NCBI GenBank assembly: GCA_964423845.1
Contig: CAYRGU010000045.1
Coordinates: forward strand, 1 to 37,561
DNA: 37,561 nucleotides
From: an uncultured Nitrospirota bacterium
GTDB taxonomy: Bacteria; Nitrospirota; Nitrospiria; SBBL01; SBBT01
Reading direction: 5' to 3'
Shown: positions 1-8,970 of the stretch, piece by piece
How the letters are laid out: every line of letters begins with the position of its first letter
Numbering within the stretch: the first letter of the stretch is position 1
Position numbers and translations under genes: made by a program
The notes under the pieces: model-generated
What the model was told of the DNA's origin: nothing
Seen by the model: the letters and a program-made list of their open reading frames with translations, nothing else
Database searches by the model: none

Positions 1-284
1 GCTGCCATCTTGTCGTTGGCTTCTTTGGCCGTTTTTTCAATATCAAGCGTAATAATCGGTTGCGTCATAATTGACGTGACCGGTGTTTCCTCTGGCGATA
101 ATCCTTCCGCCAGGGCCCTGCGGACAAAATCAGTTTCACTGACAATTCCGATGGGTTCCTCCCCTTCATAAATGAGGAGGGATCCAACCCCCTTTTCGCG
201 CATCTGCTGTGCCGCGCTGCGAATCGTTGTTTTGGGAGAGACCTGCTGAATCTCTCGATGCATCAGAAGCGCTAAGGGAGTCAT
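1..284 (-). CDS. CBS-domain protein; only the N-terminal 94 codons are visible and the rest runs off the 5' window edge
   Basis: Not in the ORF track because it is open-ended. Minus-strand ATG at 284-282 is preceded by AAGGAG (295-290). Translation: MTPLALLMHREIQQVSPKTTIRSAAQQMREKGVGSLLIYEGEEPIGIVSETDFVRRALAEGLSPEETPVTSIMTQPIITLDIEKTAKEANDKMA. The G.LLI...G..IGIVSE.D pattern is typical of CBS pairs. Confidence 0.75.
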   Translation of the reverse strand, partial: MTPLALLMHREIQQVSPKTTIRSAAQQMREKGVGSLLIYEGEEPIGIVSETDFVRRALAEGLSPEETPVTSIMTQPIITLDIEKTAKEANDKMA

Positions 285-346
285 GTCATCTCCTTAAAAT
301 TTATTCTTAATGGGGGATAGATCGATCCCTCTTCTGCAACAATAGG

Positions 347-376
347 TTGCAAGATTTGTTTTGAAAATGCTACATA
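347..376 (+). promoter_or_regulatory. Possible sigma70-type promoter for the PMM/rml operon
   Basis: TTGCAA (347-352), an 18-nt spacer, then TACATA (371-376). It lies inside the 5' extension of track ORF 361..1815, which argues for the downstream GTG start at 469. Confidence 0.25.
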
Positions 377-468
377 ACGTCAATTTTAAAGAGAGAGTCT
401 GCCGCACTCGAAACCGGGACGCATCTTACATCAATCAAGGATTCAATTCAAAACTCAAGGGAGGGTGC

Positions 469-1815
469 GTGTCGATCTATCGGGAATATGATATCCGGGG
501 TGTTTATGGGAAAGATCTTACCGAGGCGATTGCGACAGATATTGGCCGCGCGTTTGGCACATGGCATCGTCGGTCCGGGGGGCATTGTATTGCCCTCGGT
601 TATGATATTCGTTTAAGCAGCCCTTCGCTGCGGGCGGCCTGCCTCTCTGGTATCCTTTCAACCGGGGTAAATGTGGTGGATATCGGTACTTGTCCCACAC
701 CGGTCCTTTATTTTTCGCTCTTTAATTTAAAAGTGGATGGCGGGATCATGATTACGGCCAGCCATAACCCTTCCGAGTTTAACGGGTTTAAGCTCTGTCA
801 TGGGACGCAGACCCTTTTTGGGGCTGAAATCCAACAGATCAAGACCCTCATCGACCGGAAAGACTACGATGAAGGGGTGGGCACCCTCGTCTTTGAAGAG
901 GATTTTTTGACTGCCTATTCTAATTATTTCATGACGCATTTCGGGTCGTTTCAAGACAAAAAGGTTGTGATCGATTGTGGTAATGCGGCGGCGGCGTTGA
1001 TTGCCCCACAGATCTTTAAGCGTCTTGGCTGTGAGGTCATTCCCCTTTACTGCGAGCCGGATGGACGTTTTCCGAACCATCATCCCGATCCCACGGTGCC
1101 AGAAAATCTTGTCGATCTTATCGCGACCGTTAAGAAAGAACAGGCGGATGTCGGGATTGCTTTTGATGGGGATGGCGATCGCCTCGGCGCGGTGAATGAG
1201 AAAGGAGAGATGATCTTCGGGGATATGCTGACCCTTTTCTTCGCGGTGGAAATCCTGAAGGGAGCCCCGGGCGCGACGATTATTTCGGAGGTCAAGGCCT
1301 CGCAGGTTTTTTACGATGAGGTGGCCCGGTCTGGCGGGAAGGCGGTCATGTGGCGGACCGGCCATTCTTTGATTAAGGCGAAGATGAAAGAGACCGGCGC
1401 GCTCCTCGCGGGGGAGATGAGCGGCCATGTTTTTTTTGCGGACCGATATTTTGGCTATGATGACGCCATTTACGCGGGTTGCCGTCTGGTGGAAATACTG
1501 ACCCAGGGCGGGAAGCCGCTGTCTTCCTATTTTGAGTCTTTTCCCAAGACCTGTGTCACGCCGGAGATTCGGGTGGATTGCCCGGACGAGACAAAATTTC
1601 AGGTGGTCGAGCGGTGCCGGGATTATTTTTCGAAACAGCATCCAATTATTGATACCGATGGCGTTCGGGTTATCTTCCCGGAGGGCTGGGGTCTGATTCG
1701 GGCGTCGAATACCCAGCCGGCATTGGTCTTGCGTTTTGAGGCCAGGGATGTGGTTGCGCTACAGCGCATCCGGGATCGGGTGGAAGCAGGCTTAGGGAGG
1801 TTCATTCAGGCGTGA
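469..1815 (+). CDS. Phosphomannomutase/phosphoglucomutase (alpha-D-phosphohexomutase family)
   Basis: Track ORF 361..1815. Active-site loop TASHNPSEFNGFK, Mg site FDGDGDR, GEMSGH sugar-binding loop. I place the start at GTG 469, preceded by AAGGGAGGG at 457-465, because family members begin near ..YDIRG. The upstream 36 codons look non-homologous. Confidence 0.9.
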   Translation: MSIYREYDIRGVYGKDLTEAIATDIGRAFGTWHRRSGGHCIALGYDIRLSSPSLRAACLSGILSTGVNVVDIGTCPTPVLYFSLFNLKVDGGIMITASHNPSEFNGFKLCHGTQTLFGAEIQQIKTLIDRKDYDEGVGTLVFEEDFLTAYSNYFMTHFGSFQDKKVVIDCGNAAAALIAPQIFKRLGCEVIPLYCEPDGRFPNHHPDPTVPENLVDLIATVKKEQADVGIAFDGDGDRLGAVNEKGEMIFGDMLTLFFAVEILKGAPGATIISEVKASQVFYDEVARSGGKAVMWRTGHSLIKAKMKETGALLAGEMSGHVFFADRYFGYDDAIYAGCRLVEILTQGGKPLSSYFESFPKTCVTPEIRVDCPDETKFQVVERCRDYFSKQHPIIDTDGVRVIFPEGWGLIRASNTQPALVLRFEARDVVALQRIRDRVEAGLGRFIQA

Positions 1816-2891
1816 AGGCCTTAATCACAGCAGGGGGACGGGGGACACGCCTTCGTCCAATTACCCATACCGAAAATAAGCATCTCATTCCGATTGCCAA
1901 CAAGCCGATGATCTTTTACGCCATTGAGTCGGTGGCGGCGGCGGGCATCCGGGAGGTTGGGATTGTTGTCAACCCGGAGACGCATGCCGAAATTGCCCAT
2001 GCCTTGGGCAACGGGGAACGATGGGGGGTGCATCTTCAGTATTTGATCCAGGAGCGGCCTTCGGGGCTTGCGCATGTGGTGAAGGTGGCCCAGAATTTCC
2101 TGGGGAGAGAGCCCTTCGTTTTCTACCTGGGGGATAACGTGATTGTGGGGGGGATTCAGCATTTTGTGGAAGAATTTCAACGCCAATCCACCCATTGTCA
2201 TCTGGTGCTCTCGCTGGTGAAAGACCCACAGCGATTCGGCGTCGCGGAGGTTAGAGAAGGGCGGATCGTTGGCATTGAAGAGAAGCCAGATCGGCCGAAA
2301 AGTTCGTATGCGGTGACCGGAATTTATATCTATGACCACCATATTTTTGAGGCGATTGACGCGATCCATCCGAGCCGGCGCGGGGAATTGGAGATCAGCG
2401 ATGCCCATCAGTACCTCATCAACAAGGGGTATACGCTCACCTTCTCGGAGGTCACCGGGTGGTGGAAAGATACCGGGCAACCGGAAGATCTTCTGGAGGC
2501 CAACCGTTTCGTCCTGGATCGGATTGTGGAGAGTCCAAGTGGCCCGATCATTCGTGGCCAGGTGGATGCTGGAAGTGATCTTCGTGGCAAGGTGATTGTC
2601 GAAGAAGGGGCGCAGGTGATCGCCAGCCAGATCCGCGGTCCGGCGGTGATCGGTCGCGGAACGCGTATTGAGAGAAGTTATATCGGGCCCTATACCTCAA
2701 TCTATCATGACTGCGAGATCAGAAACAGCGAGCTTGAATACAGTATTATCATGGAGCGGTGCAAGATTACCGATATCGATATTCGGATTGAAAAGACATT
2801 GCTGGGCCGGGAGGTGGTCATCTCACGGGGGCAGGTGCGACCTCGGACCCAGAAGTTTATTATTGGCGACCAGGGCCAGATTGAGCTTTAA
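1812..2891 (+). CDS. rmlA: Glucose-1-phosphate thymidylyltransferase, long form (nucleotidyltransferase plus C-terminal left-handed beta-helix)
   Basis: N-terminal GGRGTRLRP motif. The 359-aa length and hexapeptide-like C-terminus fit the long form. GTG start overlaps the upstream stop (GTGA, 1812-1815). Confidence 0.8.
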   Translation: MKALITAGGRGTRLRPITHTENKHLIPIANKPMIFYAIESVAAAGIREVGIVVNPETHAEIAHALGNGERWGVHLQYLIQERPSGLAHVVKVAQNFLGREPFVFYLGDNVIVGGIQHFVEEFQRQSTHCHLVLSLVKDPQRFGVAEVREGRIVGIEEKPDRPKSSYAVTGIYIYDHHIFEAIDAIHPSRRGELEISDAHQYLINKGYTLTFSEVTGWWKDTGQPEDLLEANRFVLDRIVESPSGPIIRGQVDAGSDLRGKVIVEEGAQVIASQIRGPAVIGRGTRIERSYIGPYTSIYHDCEIRNSELEYSIIMERCKITDIDIRIEKTLLGREVVISRGQVRPRTQKFIIGDQGQIEL

Positions 2892-2948
2892 CGCTTTAAT
2901 CCCTATCGTTTCAGAGGTTCCCCTTAAACAAAGCGTACGAGGTGTCCG

Positions 2949-3956
2949 GTGAGAACGGTTCTTGTCACAGGTGGCGCGGGGTTTATCGGAAGCAATTTTG
3001 TCCGCTATTTCCTTGAGAACAATCCGTCCTATTCCGTCATTAATCTGGATAAGCTGACCTATGCCGGGAACCTTGAGAATTTAACGGATATCGAGGGCCA
3101 TCCACGGCATCGGTTTGTCCGGGGCGATATTAGCGATCGCAAACTGGTTGAGGGGTTGGCCCGTGAAGTGACGGCCATCATTCACTTCGCCGCCGAGACC
3201 CACGTCGATCGATCGATTGTCCAACCGGATGAATTTGTTAAAACCAATGTGTATGGGACCTATATCCTCCTGGAGGTGGCTCGAACCTTTCGGCACAGTC
3301 GCTTCGTCCATGTTTCAACGGATGAAGTGTATGGCAGCCGCCTGGAAGGGTTTTTCAAGGAAGGGGATTCCCTCACGCCGAACAGTCCGTATTCGGCGAC
3401 CAAGGCATCGTCCGATCTTTTAGCCACCGCATACCACAAAACATATCACTTGCCCGTGGTCATCACCCGTTGTTCCAATAATTATGGGCCGTATCAATTT
3501 CCGGAAAAGCTGATCCCCCTGGTGATTACGAATGCCCTGGAGGATAAGCCCATTCCCGTCTATGGCGATGGGCGCTACATGCGGGACTGGCTCTACGTCA
3601 TGGACCATTGCAGTGCCATTGATCGTGTTTTTCACCAGGGCAAGCCGGGGGAGATTTACAATATCGGGGGGCAGTCGGATAAAACAAACCTGGAGGTGAT
3701 TGATCTGATTTTGGAAATGTTGGGAAAGACGAAGTCGCTGATCCAATTTGTGAAGGATCGGCCTGCCCATGACCGCCGGTATGCCATTGATCCGGGTAAG
3801 ATTATTCGAGATCTGGGATGGCGGCCTTCTTATGCGTTTGAGGAGACGCTTGTCAAGACGGTCTCGTGGTATCGAGATCATCCACACTGGTGGCAGCGGG
3901 TGAAGTCGGGGGCCTATCTTGCGATGTATGAAAAGATTTATGGGGTGCCACGATGA
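2949..3956 (+). CDS. rmlB: dTDP-glucose 4,6-dehydratase
   Basis: GGAGFIGS Rossmann motif, catalytic YSATKA, and STDEVYG, all typical of RmlB/RfbB extended SDRs. Confidence 0.95.
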   Translation: MRTVLVTGGAGFIGSNFVRYFLENNPSYSVINLDKLTYAGNLENLTDIEGHPRHRFVRGDISDRKLVEGLAREVTAIIHFAAETHVDRSIVQPDEFVKTNVYGTYILLEVARTFRHSRFVHVSTDEVYGSRLEGFFKEGDSLTPNSPYSATKASSDLLATAYHKTYHLPVVITRCSNNYGPYQFPEKLIPLVITNALEDKPIPVYGDGRYMRDWLYVMDHCSAIDRVFHQGKPGEIYNIGGQSDKTNLEVIDLILEMLGKTKSLIQFVKDRPAHDRRYAIDPGKIIRDLGWRPSYAFEETLVKTVSWYRDHPHWWQRVKSGAYLAMYEKIYGVPR

Positions 3957-4789
3957 AGGTGTTGTTGACGGGCGCGAATGGGATGCTGGCCCGGGCCTTT
4001 TTGAACAAGCAGCCCAGGGGTTGGGAGTTACGGGCGATGTCGAAAAATGAATTGGATATTGCTGATGAGGTTGCGGTGGCGCGTGAGGTGGCGCAATTTT
4101 CTCCCGAACTCATGATTAACTGTGCGGCCTATACCAAGGTGGACGACTGCGAAACAAACCGCGATCAGGCCTTTCGGATCAATGGGGTTGGCGTGGGCAA
4201 CCTGGCCCGGGCGGCAAAAGATGTGGGGGCGTGTCTGGTCCATTTCTCGACCGATTATATTTTTGGTGGGGGGAAGAACAAGGCGTATGTGGAAGAAGAT
4301 CCCGTGGCCCCGATGAATGTCTATGGCGCTTCAAAATGGGAGGGAGAGTGTGCGATTCGGGCCCAGGGTGACAATCACTTGATCTTAAGGACACAGTGGC
4401 TTTATGGCCACGGCGGCCCCCATTTTGTGAAGGCGATCCTCAATCAGGTTGGGAAGAAGGATTCCATCCGGGTGGTGGACGATCAGATTGGTTCCCCCAC
4501 CTGGACGGAGGACCTCTCGGAGGGGACTCTGGCGCTCATTGAAAGGGGGGCACGCGGCACCTATCATCTGGTGAATCACGGCGCGTGTAGCTGGTTTGAT
4601 TTCGCCGCCCAGATTATGAAAGAATCGGGCCTGTCGATGGAAGTGATTCCCTGCACCTCCGCAGAGTATCCCCGTCCCGCCCGGCGCCCGACCTACTCTG
4701 TTCTTTCTACCGCCAAGACGGCGAGTCTTTTAGGGGGGCCGCTCCCGTCCTGGGAAACGGCGCTCCACCGCTTTCTCCGTTCTGTATAA
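3953..4789 (+). CDS. rmlD: dTDP-4-dehydrorhamnose reductase
   Basis: Start overlaps the rmlB stop (ATGA). N-terminal LLTGANG, YGASKWEGE catalytic region and DQIGSPT motif are typical of RmlD. Confidence 0.9.
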   Translation: MKVLLTGANGMLARAFLNKQPRGWELRAMSKNELDIADEVAVAREVAQFSPELMINCAAYTKVDDCETNRDQAFRINGVGVGNLARAAKDVGACLVHFSTDYIFGGGKNKAYVEEDPVAPMNVYGASKWEGECAIRAQGDNHLILRTQWLYGHGGPHFVKAILNQVGKKDSIRVVDDQIGSPTWTEDLSEGTLALIERGARGTYHLVNHGACSWFDFAAQIMKESGLSMEVIPCTSAEYPRPARRPTYSVLSTAKTASLLGGPLPSWETALHRFLRSV

Positions 4790-4835
4790 CCCGAATTTCT
4801 GTAGAGGTGGCGGGCCGTGTGGTGTAGCGGTTCCT

Positions 4836-4872
4836 CCGAGGGGTTGCGACCCCTGCGGCAGGTTCATTTTTT
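4836..4872. terminator. Hairpin between convergent rmlD and malQ; candidate bidirectional terminator
   Basis: CCG-AGGGGT (4836-4844), loop TGCG, ACCCCT-G-CGG (4849-4858), followed on the + strand by a T6 run (4867-4872). The T run overlaps the last malQ codons. Confidence 0.35.
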
Positions 4873-6582
4873 GGAGGGGGGCGTTTGATGCGCAGGCACA
4901 CCACTGGCCGGCGACTGGGCCACCCGTACGGGAATGGGGGGATGGCGTGATCTGGGCTGGATGAGGGGGACAAAGGCCCAGTATCGTTGGTGTCGGTCGA
5001 TTATTTTTTTCAAGACCTGTAGTTTTTCCCGATAGGGCGATTTCTGTTGCAGGACAGAGAGTGTGGCCGGCAGCCGATATCGCCAGTTGTGGTCCCCAAC
5101 CGTCGCGGGTTGGTTGATCTGCTCCTGGAATCCGAAAACATCTTGAATCGGAAGGAGGACCAGCGCCGATCCCGCGCCCATCAGGCGGTCCAGAATGGCG
5201 GTGTGCAGCGCTTCCGAGAGGTGTCCTGTCGGCGCTTCTTGGGTGAGATTGGCATCAATCATGGTCAGAAATGTCACCCGCTCCTCTTGCGGGAGTGATT
5301 TCCACCAGGTCACCAGGGTGTCCGTATCATGCGTCCCCGTGGTGGCGAGTGAAAGAAACGGAAACTGCCTCGGATCGGCATACTGACCCTGCAGGGATTC
5401 AGGTTTCTCCCATCGCAGAATTTTGTGGCCCGCGATTTTTAATTCTTTCAATGAGCGCGCGACGAAATCAGGAATAACGCCGAGATCCTCCGCGATCGTG
5501 AGGCAGGGTCCCGCCTCGTCGAGGATGGCGTGGAGTAGCTTGGCGCCCCGTCTGGCTTGCTGCTCGGTCTGATGCGGCTGAAAATAAGGGGCCCCTTTTT
5601 TTGGGATGACCCAGATCCGGTAGAATCCCACCACATGATCCAGTCGGATGAGATCGTAAATTTTTCTGAATTCACGCACTCGCATCCGCCACCAGAAGAA
5701 ATCTCTTTTTTCCATCTCCTCCCAATGGAAGACGGGGAGGCCCCAGTCCTGGCCGGTTTTACTGAAGGCGTCCGGCGGGGCCCCGAAGGTGTCATGACTG
5801 CTGAAAACGTCCCGATGTCCCCAGACATCCGCGCTGTCCTGACTGACAAGAAAAGGAAGATCTCCCATCAGGAGGACGTTTCTTTTGTTGACGTGCGTGC
5901 GAACCTGTTTCCATTGTTCCCAGCAGGCCCATTGAAGATATTTAATGAAGAGGAGACGGTCTTTTTCTTCATGTTGCAGTGTTTGAATCGCGACCGGATC
6001 TCGATCCCGGTGATCTTTCGGCCAATGGAACCAATGACTCCAGTTGTTTTTCTCCTTGATCAGGCGGAAGAGCGCGTAATCTTCAATCCATGCGGACTTT
6101 TCCGTGATAAAAGTCTGGAGGGACCGGGCGCGACGGGTTTGTTGTTCCCACTCTTCCTTGATGAAGTGCTGAAAAGCCAGGGTCATGAGTCGGGTCTTAT
6201 ATCGTCGGATCGCCTCATAACAAACCTTGTCGCTTTCACGCCATCCCCGAAGGTCGGCCTGACTTTCGGGGGAGACGAAATCTTCTTGGGCGATGGGACT
6301 TTTCTTGAAGTCAGGCCACTCCGTCACGGAGAGATAAATCGGATCGAGCGCGATGCCGCTTAAGGCCAGATAGGGGCAGGTCTCCATGGGGCTTGTTTCG
6401 CAGATCGGGAGTATTTGAAGGACATGCAGATGGTTTTCAGTCATCCAGTCAATCAGAGGGATCAGATCGAGGATCTCGCCCACTCCAAAATTTTTATTTG
6501 TTTTGACTGAAAAAAGGGGGAGGAGAATTCCAGAGACCTTCCGGCTGAAAAACGGTGGGAGGTCACTGATTTGATCGGACAT
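4864..6582 (-). CDS. malQ: 4-alpha-glucanotransferase (amylomaltase, GH77)
   Basis: 572-aa ORF. The N-terminal G.LLPLFS....FGVGE..DL motif and WGLP / GTHD-type segments are typical of GH77. Confidence 0.9.
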   Translation of the reverse strand: MSDQISDLPPFFSRKVSGILLPLFSVKTNKNFGVGEILDLIPLIDWMTENHLHVLQILPICETSPMETCPYLALSGIALDPIYLSVTEWPDFKKSPIAQEDFVSPESQADLRGWRESDKVCYEAIRRYKTRLMTLAFQHFIKEEWEQQTRRARSLQTFITEKSAWIEDYALFRLIKEKNNWSHWFHWPKDHRDRDPVAIQTLQHEEKDRLLFIKYLQWACWEQWKQVRTHVNKRNVLLMGDLPFLVSQDSADVWGHRDVFSSHDTFGAPPDAFSKTGQDWGLPVFHWEEMEKRDFFWWRMRVREFRKIYDLIRLDHVVGFYRIWVIPKKGAPYFQPHQTEQQARRGAKLLHAILDEAGPCLTIAEDLGVIPDFVARSLKELKIAGHKILRWEKPESLQGQYADPRQFPFLSLATTGTHDTDTLVTWWKSLPQEERVTFLTMIDANLTQEAPTGHLSEALHTAILDRLMGAGSALVLLPIQDVFGFQEQINQPATVGDHNWRYRLPATLSVLQQKSPYREKLQVLKKIIDRHQRYWAFVPLIQPRSRHPPIPVRVAQSPASGVPAHQTPPSKK

Positions 6583-6707
6583 AAAAAATCCCCACTTGGA
6601 ATGTTCCGCTATTTATGACAACAAATAAAAATCATGTCAACACACTGCATATAGATCCATCATGTAGGCGGACTACAATAAGTGGTCTTTTCTCTATTTT
6701 TTAAGTC

Positions 6708-6735
6708 TTGATTTAAATTTTACAATTGTTATAAT
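6708..6735 (+). promoter_or_regulatory. Sigma70-type promoter upstream of scpA
   Basis: TTGATT (6708-6713), a 16-nt spacer, then extended -10 TGT-TATAAT (6727-6735). It lies in an AT-rich 177-bp divergent intergenic region, with the scpA ATG at 6760. Confidence 0.45.
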
Positions 6736-6759
6736 TCGATAAACTTTTTATGCTGATAT

Positions 6760-7515
6760 ATGGAAACAAACGAAGCGGGCCATTGCGTGAAAATTGCTGC
6801 CTTTGAAGGGCCGTTGGATCTCCTGCTGCATCTGATCAAAAAAAACGAAGTCAACATCTATGACATCCCGATTGCCCTGATTACGCAACAGTATATCGAA
6901 GCCCTTGAACTAAGGCAAACCCTCAACTTATCGATTGCCGGCGACTATTTGGTGATGGCCGCGACGCTGCTTTATATCAAGTCGAAGACGCTGCTGCCCT
7001 CTTCCGGAGAGATGGAAACGGTGGAGGAAGAAGACCCCCGTCTTGAGTTGGTCGCACGCCTGCTGGAGTACCAGTCCTTCAAAGAGGTGGCGCGGTTTAT
7101 GGAAGCGCGGGAGGCCCATTGGCAGGATGTTTTTGGAAGGGAGTCGACCCCGGTGGATCTGCCCCCCGATGAAATCGGGCTTTCGGAGGTGACCCCGTAT
7201 GATCTTCTGGATGCCTTAAAAAAGGTGATGGCGCGTCTTCCGAATCCGCAATTGCTGCATATTACCGTCGAGGAACTCTCCGTCAAGGATCAGGTCCAGT
7301 TGATCCTTCAACAGATGGAGATTCATCCGAGCATTCTTTTTGAGCAACTGTTTGAAGGGGCGTGTACGCGGCATCGGGTGGTGACGACATTTTTGGCGCT
7401 CCTGGAGGTGATTCGTCTGGGACGGATTCGTGTTATTCAAGTGGAGAGAGGGGGAGCGCTTCGAATATGGAAGATGGACTTACGCGCTGATGGAGGAGAA
7501 GATGGAACGGAATGA
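6760..7515 (+). CDS. scpA: Segregation and condensation protein A (kleisin)
   Basis: FEGPLDLLLHLIKKNEVNIYDIPIA..ITQQY is the canonical ScpA N-terminus. scpB follows. Confidence 0.9.
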   Translation: METNEAGHCVKIAAFEGPLDLLLHLIKKNEVNIYDIPIALITQQYIEALELRQTLNLSIAGDYLVMAATLLYIKSKTLLPSSGEMETVEEEDPRLELVARLLEYQSFKEVARFMEAREAHWQDVFGRESTPVDLPPDEIGLSEVTPYDLLDALKKVMARLPNPQLLHITVEELSVKDQVQLILQQMEIHPSILFEQLFEGACTRHRVVTTFLALLEVIRLGRIRVIQVERGGALRIWKMDLRADGGEDGTE

Positions 7516-8161
7516 ACTGAAGCCAATTGTTGAGGCGTTGCTGTTTGTCTCTGGGGAGTCCCTTTCGCTCAATCGTATTTATGAGGTCATCGGGAGGGAG
7601 TATCAGCAGGAAATCCAGGAGGTGCTTCTTGATCTCCGCCAAGACTACGGCGGCGTTGGGCGGGGATTGCAAATTGTTGAAGTTGCCGGAGGATACCAAA
7701 TCACAACGCGGGTTGAGATGGCGCCATGGATCAAGGGGATGGAAAAGACGAAGACCACGAACCGCTTATCCAGGCCAGGGCTGGAAACCTTGGCGATTGT
7801 TGTGTATAAACAACCGGTGACACGCGCCGAGATTGAGGCCATACGGGGTGTGGATGTGGCCGGTGTGCTCAAAACGCTGATGGAGCGTAAGCTGATCAAG
7901 GTTGTTGGAAGGAAGGAGGTGGTGGGGCGTCCGATCGTGTATGGCTCAACGCAGGAGTTCCTCCAGTATTTAGGTCTTCCTAATCTGTCTGCCCTGCCCA
8001 CGCTCAAGGAGTTTTCCGATCTCCTCGAATCCACAGAAGGTGCGGAGATAGAGGCGGAGGGGCAGGCGCTGTTGGCATTTGAAGAGATCCCTGTCTCTGA
8101 TGCGGAACGGTCCCAGATTGAGGCGCAGACAGAAACGATTCCGGTCCCCCTGTCTGCGTGA
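7502..8161 (+). CDS. scpB: Segregation and condensation protein B
   Basis: Track ORF 7430..8161. IVEALLFVSGESLSL and the double winged-helix pattern fit ScpB. I prefer ATG 7502, preceded by GGAGGAG at 7492-7498 and overlapping the scpA end. ATG 7490 is also possible. Confidence 0.88.
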   Translation: MERNELKPIVEALLFVSGESLSLNRIYEVIGREYQQEIQEVLLDLRQDYGGVGRGLQIVEVAGGYQITTRVEMAPWIKGMEKTKTTNRLSRPGLETLAIVVYKQPVTRAEIEAIRGVDVAGVLKTLMERKLIKVVGRKEVVGRPIVYGSTQEFLQYLGLPNLSALPTLKEFSDLLESTEGAEIEAEGQALLAFEEIPVSDAERSQIEAQTETIPVPLSA

Positions 8162-8212
8162 GTGGCGAGTCTTTAACAGGTCAATAAATCTTCAAAAATA
8201 AGGGGATTGCTG

Positions 8213-8737
8213 ATGGTTGATATTTTGTTTCCGGGAATTGCCGCGCTTCAGAATTTGCATCCTCTCTTTGTCCATTTCCCGATTGCTTTTTTCACGGGGG
8301 CCCTTCTTATGGAGGGGATTGCCATTGTTTACGATGAAAAATGTCATCTTGTCGCCACGTGGATGTTGTACCTGGCGGCCTTGACGGCTGTTGTGACTTT
8401 AATAACCGGATTGATCGCTGAATATTCTCTGGCAGCGGCCGATCCTATGGGGCACCACAGCCCTGCGCATGATCCCATCCACGTACACCGAAACTGGATG
8501 GTGACCGCCACGTTTTTTGGGCTTTCCATGGCAGGTTATTTCTTTTGGATTAACCACAAAAAGCGATGGGCTACGCATTATTGGCGCCTGTTTCTCGGAC
8601 TCATTCTTTTGGTGCTTGTGGTTTCGATGGGGGCGGATCGGGGGGCTCGTCTCGTCTATGAATTTGGTTCCGGGATCAATCCGAATCTCTTAAAAGAAGC
8701 CCCCCACGAAGAGCACCCTGAAGGGGATCATCATTAA
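8213..8737 (+). CDS. DUF2231-like integral membrane protein with a His-rich C-terminal tail
   Basis: LHPLFVHFPIAFF motif near the N-terminus and about 4 predicted TM segments. C-terminal tail is HEEHPEGDHH. The track starts at TTG 8207; ATG 8213 has GGGG 7 nt upstream. Confidence 0.6.
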   Translation: MVDILFPGIAALQNLHPLFVHFPIAFFTGALLMEGIAIVYDEKCHLVATWMLYLAALTAVVTLITGLIAEYSLAAADPMGHHSPAHDPIHVHRNWMVTATFFGLSMAGYFFWINHKKRWATHYWRLFLGLILLVLVVSMGADRGARLVYEFGSGINPNLLKEAPHEEHPEGDHH

Positions 8738-8757
8738 TTCATTGATCCTTTTGTTTT
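8725..8757 (+). terminator. Weak intrinsic-terminator-like hairpin after the DUF2231 gene
   Basis: GGATCA (8725-8730), a 12-nt loop, TGATCC (8743-8748), then TTTTGTTTT (8749-8757). The stem is short and overlaps the stop codon. Confidence 0.3.
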
Positions 8758-8970
8758 GGCTCCGTATTTTTTTTCTTCGTATCATTCCTTAAGTAAACCC
8801 AAGGCTCTGCGTGCCCCTGTGGGGAGGCTTCCCCGTTCCCTGACAGGGTTGGCTTACTCCCAGTGATCATGGCCATCTGGCACAATGTTTCCTCCGTCTG
8901 CTATACTTAAGCCGTCTTGACCTGTGTCAGACAGAGAAGCCCTATTTCTGTTCCGTCCTAAGGTTTGCAA

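Noticed and set aside
361-468. 5' extension of the PMM/PGM ORF (MKMLHNVNFKERVCRTRNRDASYINQGFNSKLKGGC)
   Set aside because: It is not like known family N-termini. It contains a plausible promoter, and a strong RBS precedes the in-frame GTG at 469. It is probably untranslated leader.
727-1641. 304-aa minus-strand ORF; similar long antisense ORFs at 1821..2480, 5557..6363 and 19636..20274
   Set aside because: Each lies entirely antisense within a gene with clear catalytic motifs (PMM/PGM, RmlA, MalQ, HtrA) and has no motif of its own.
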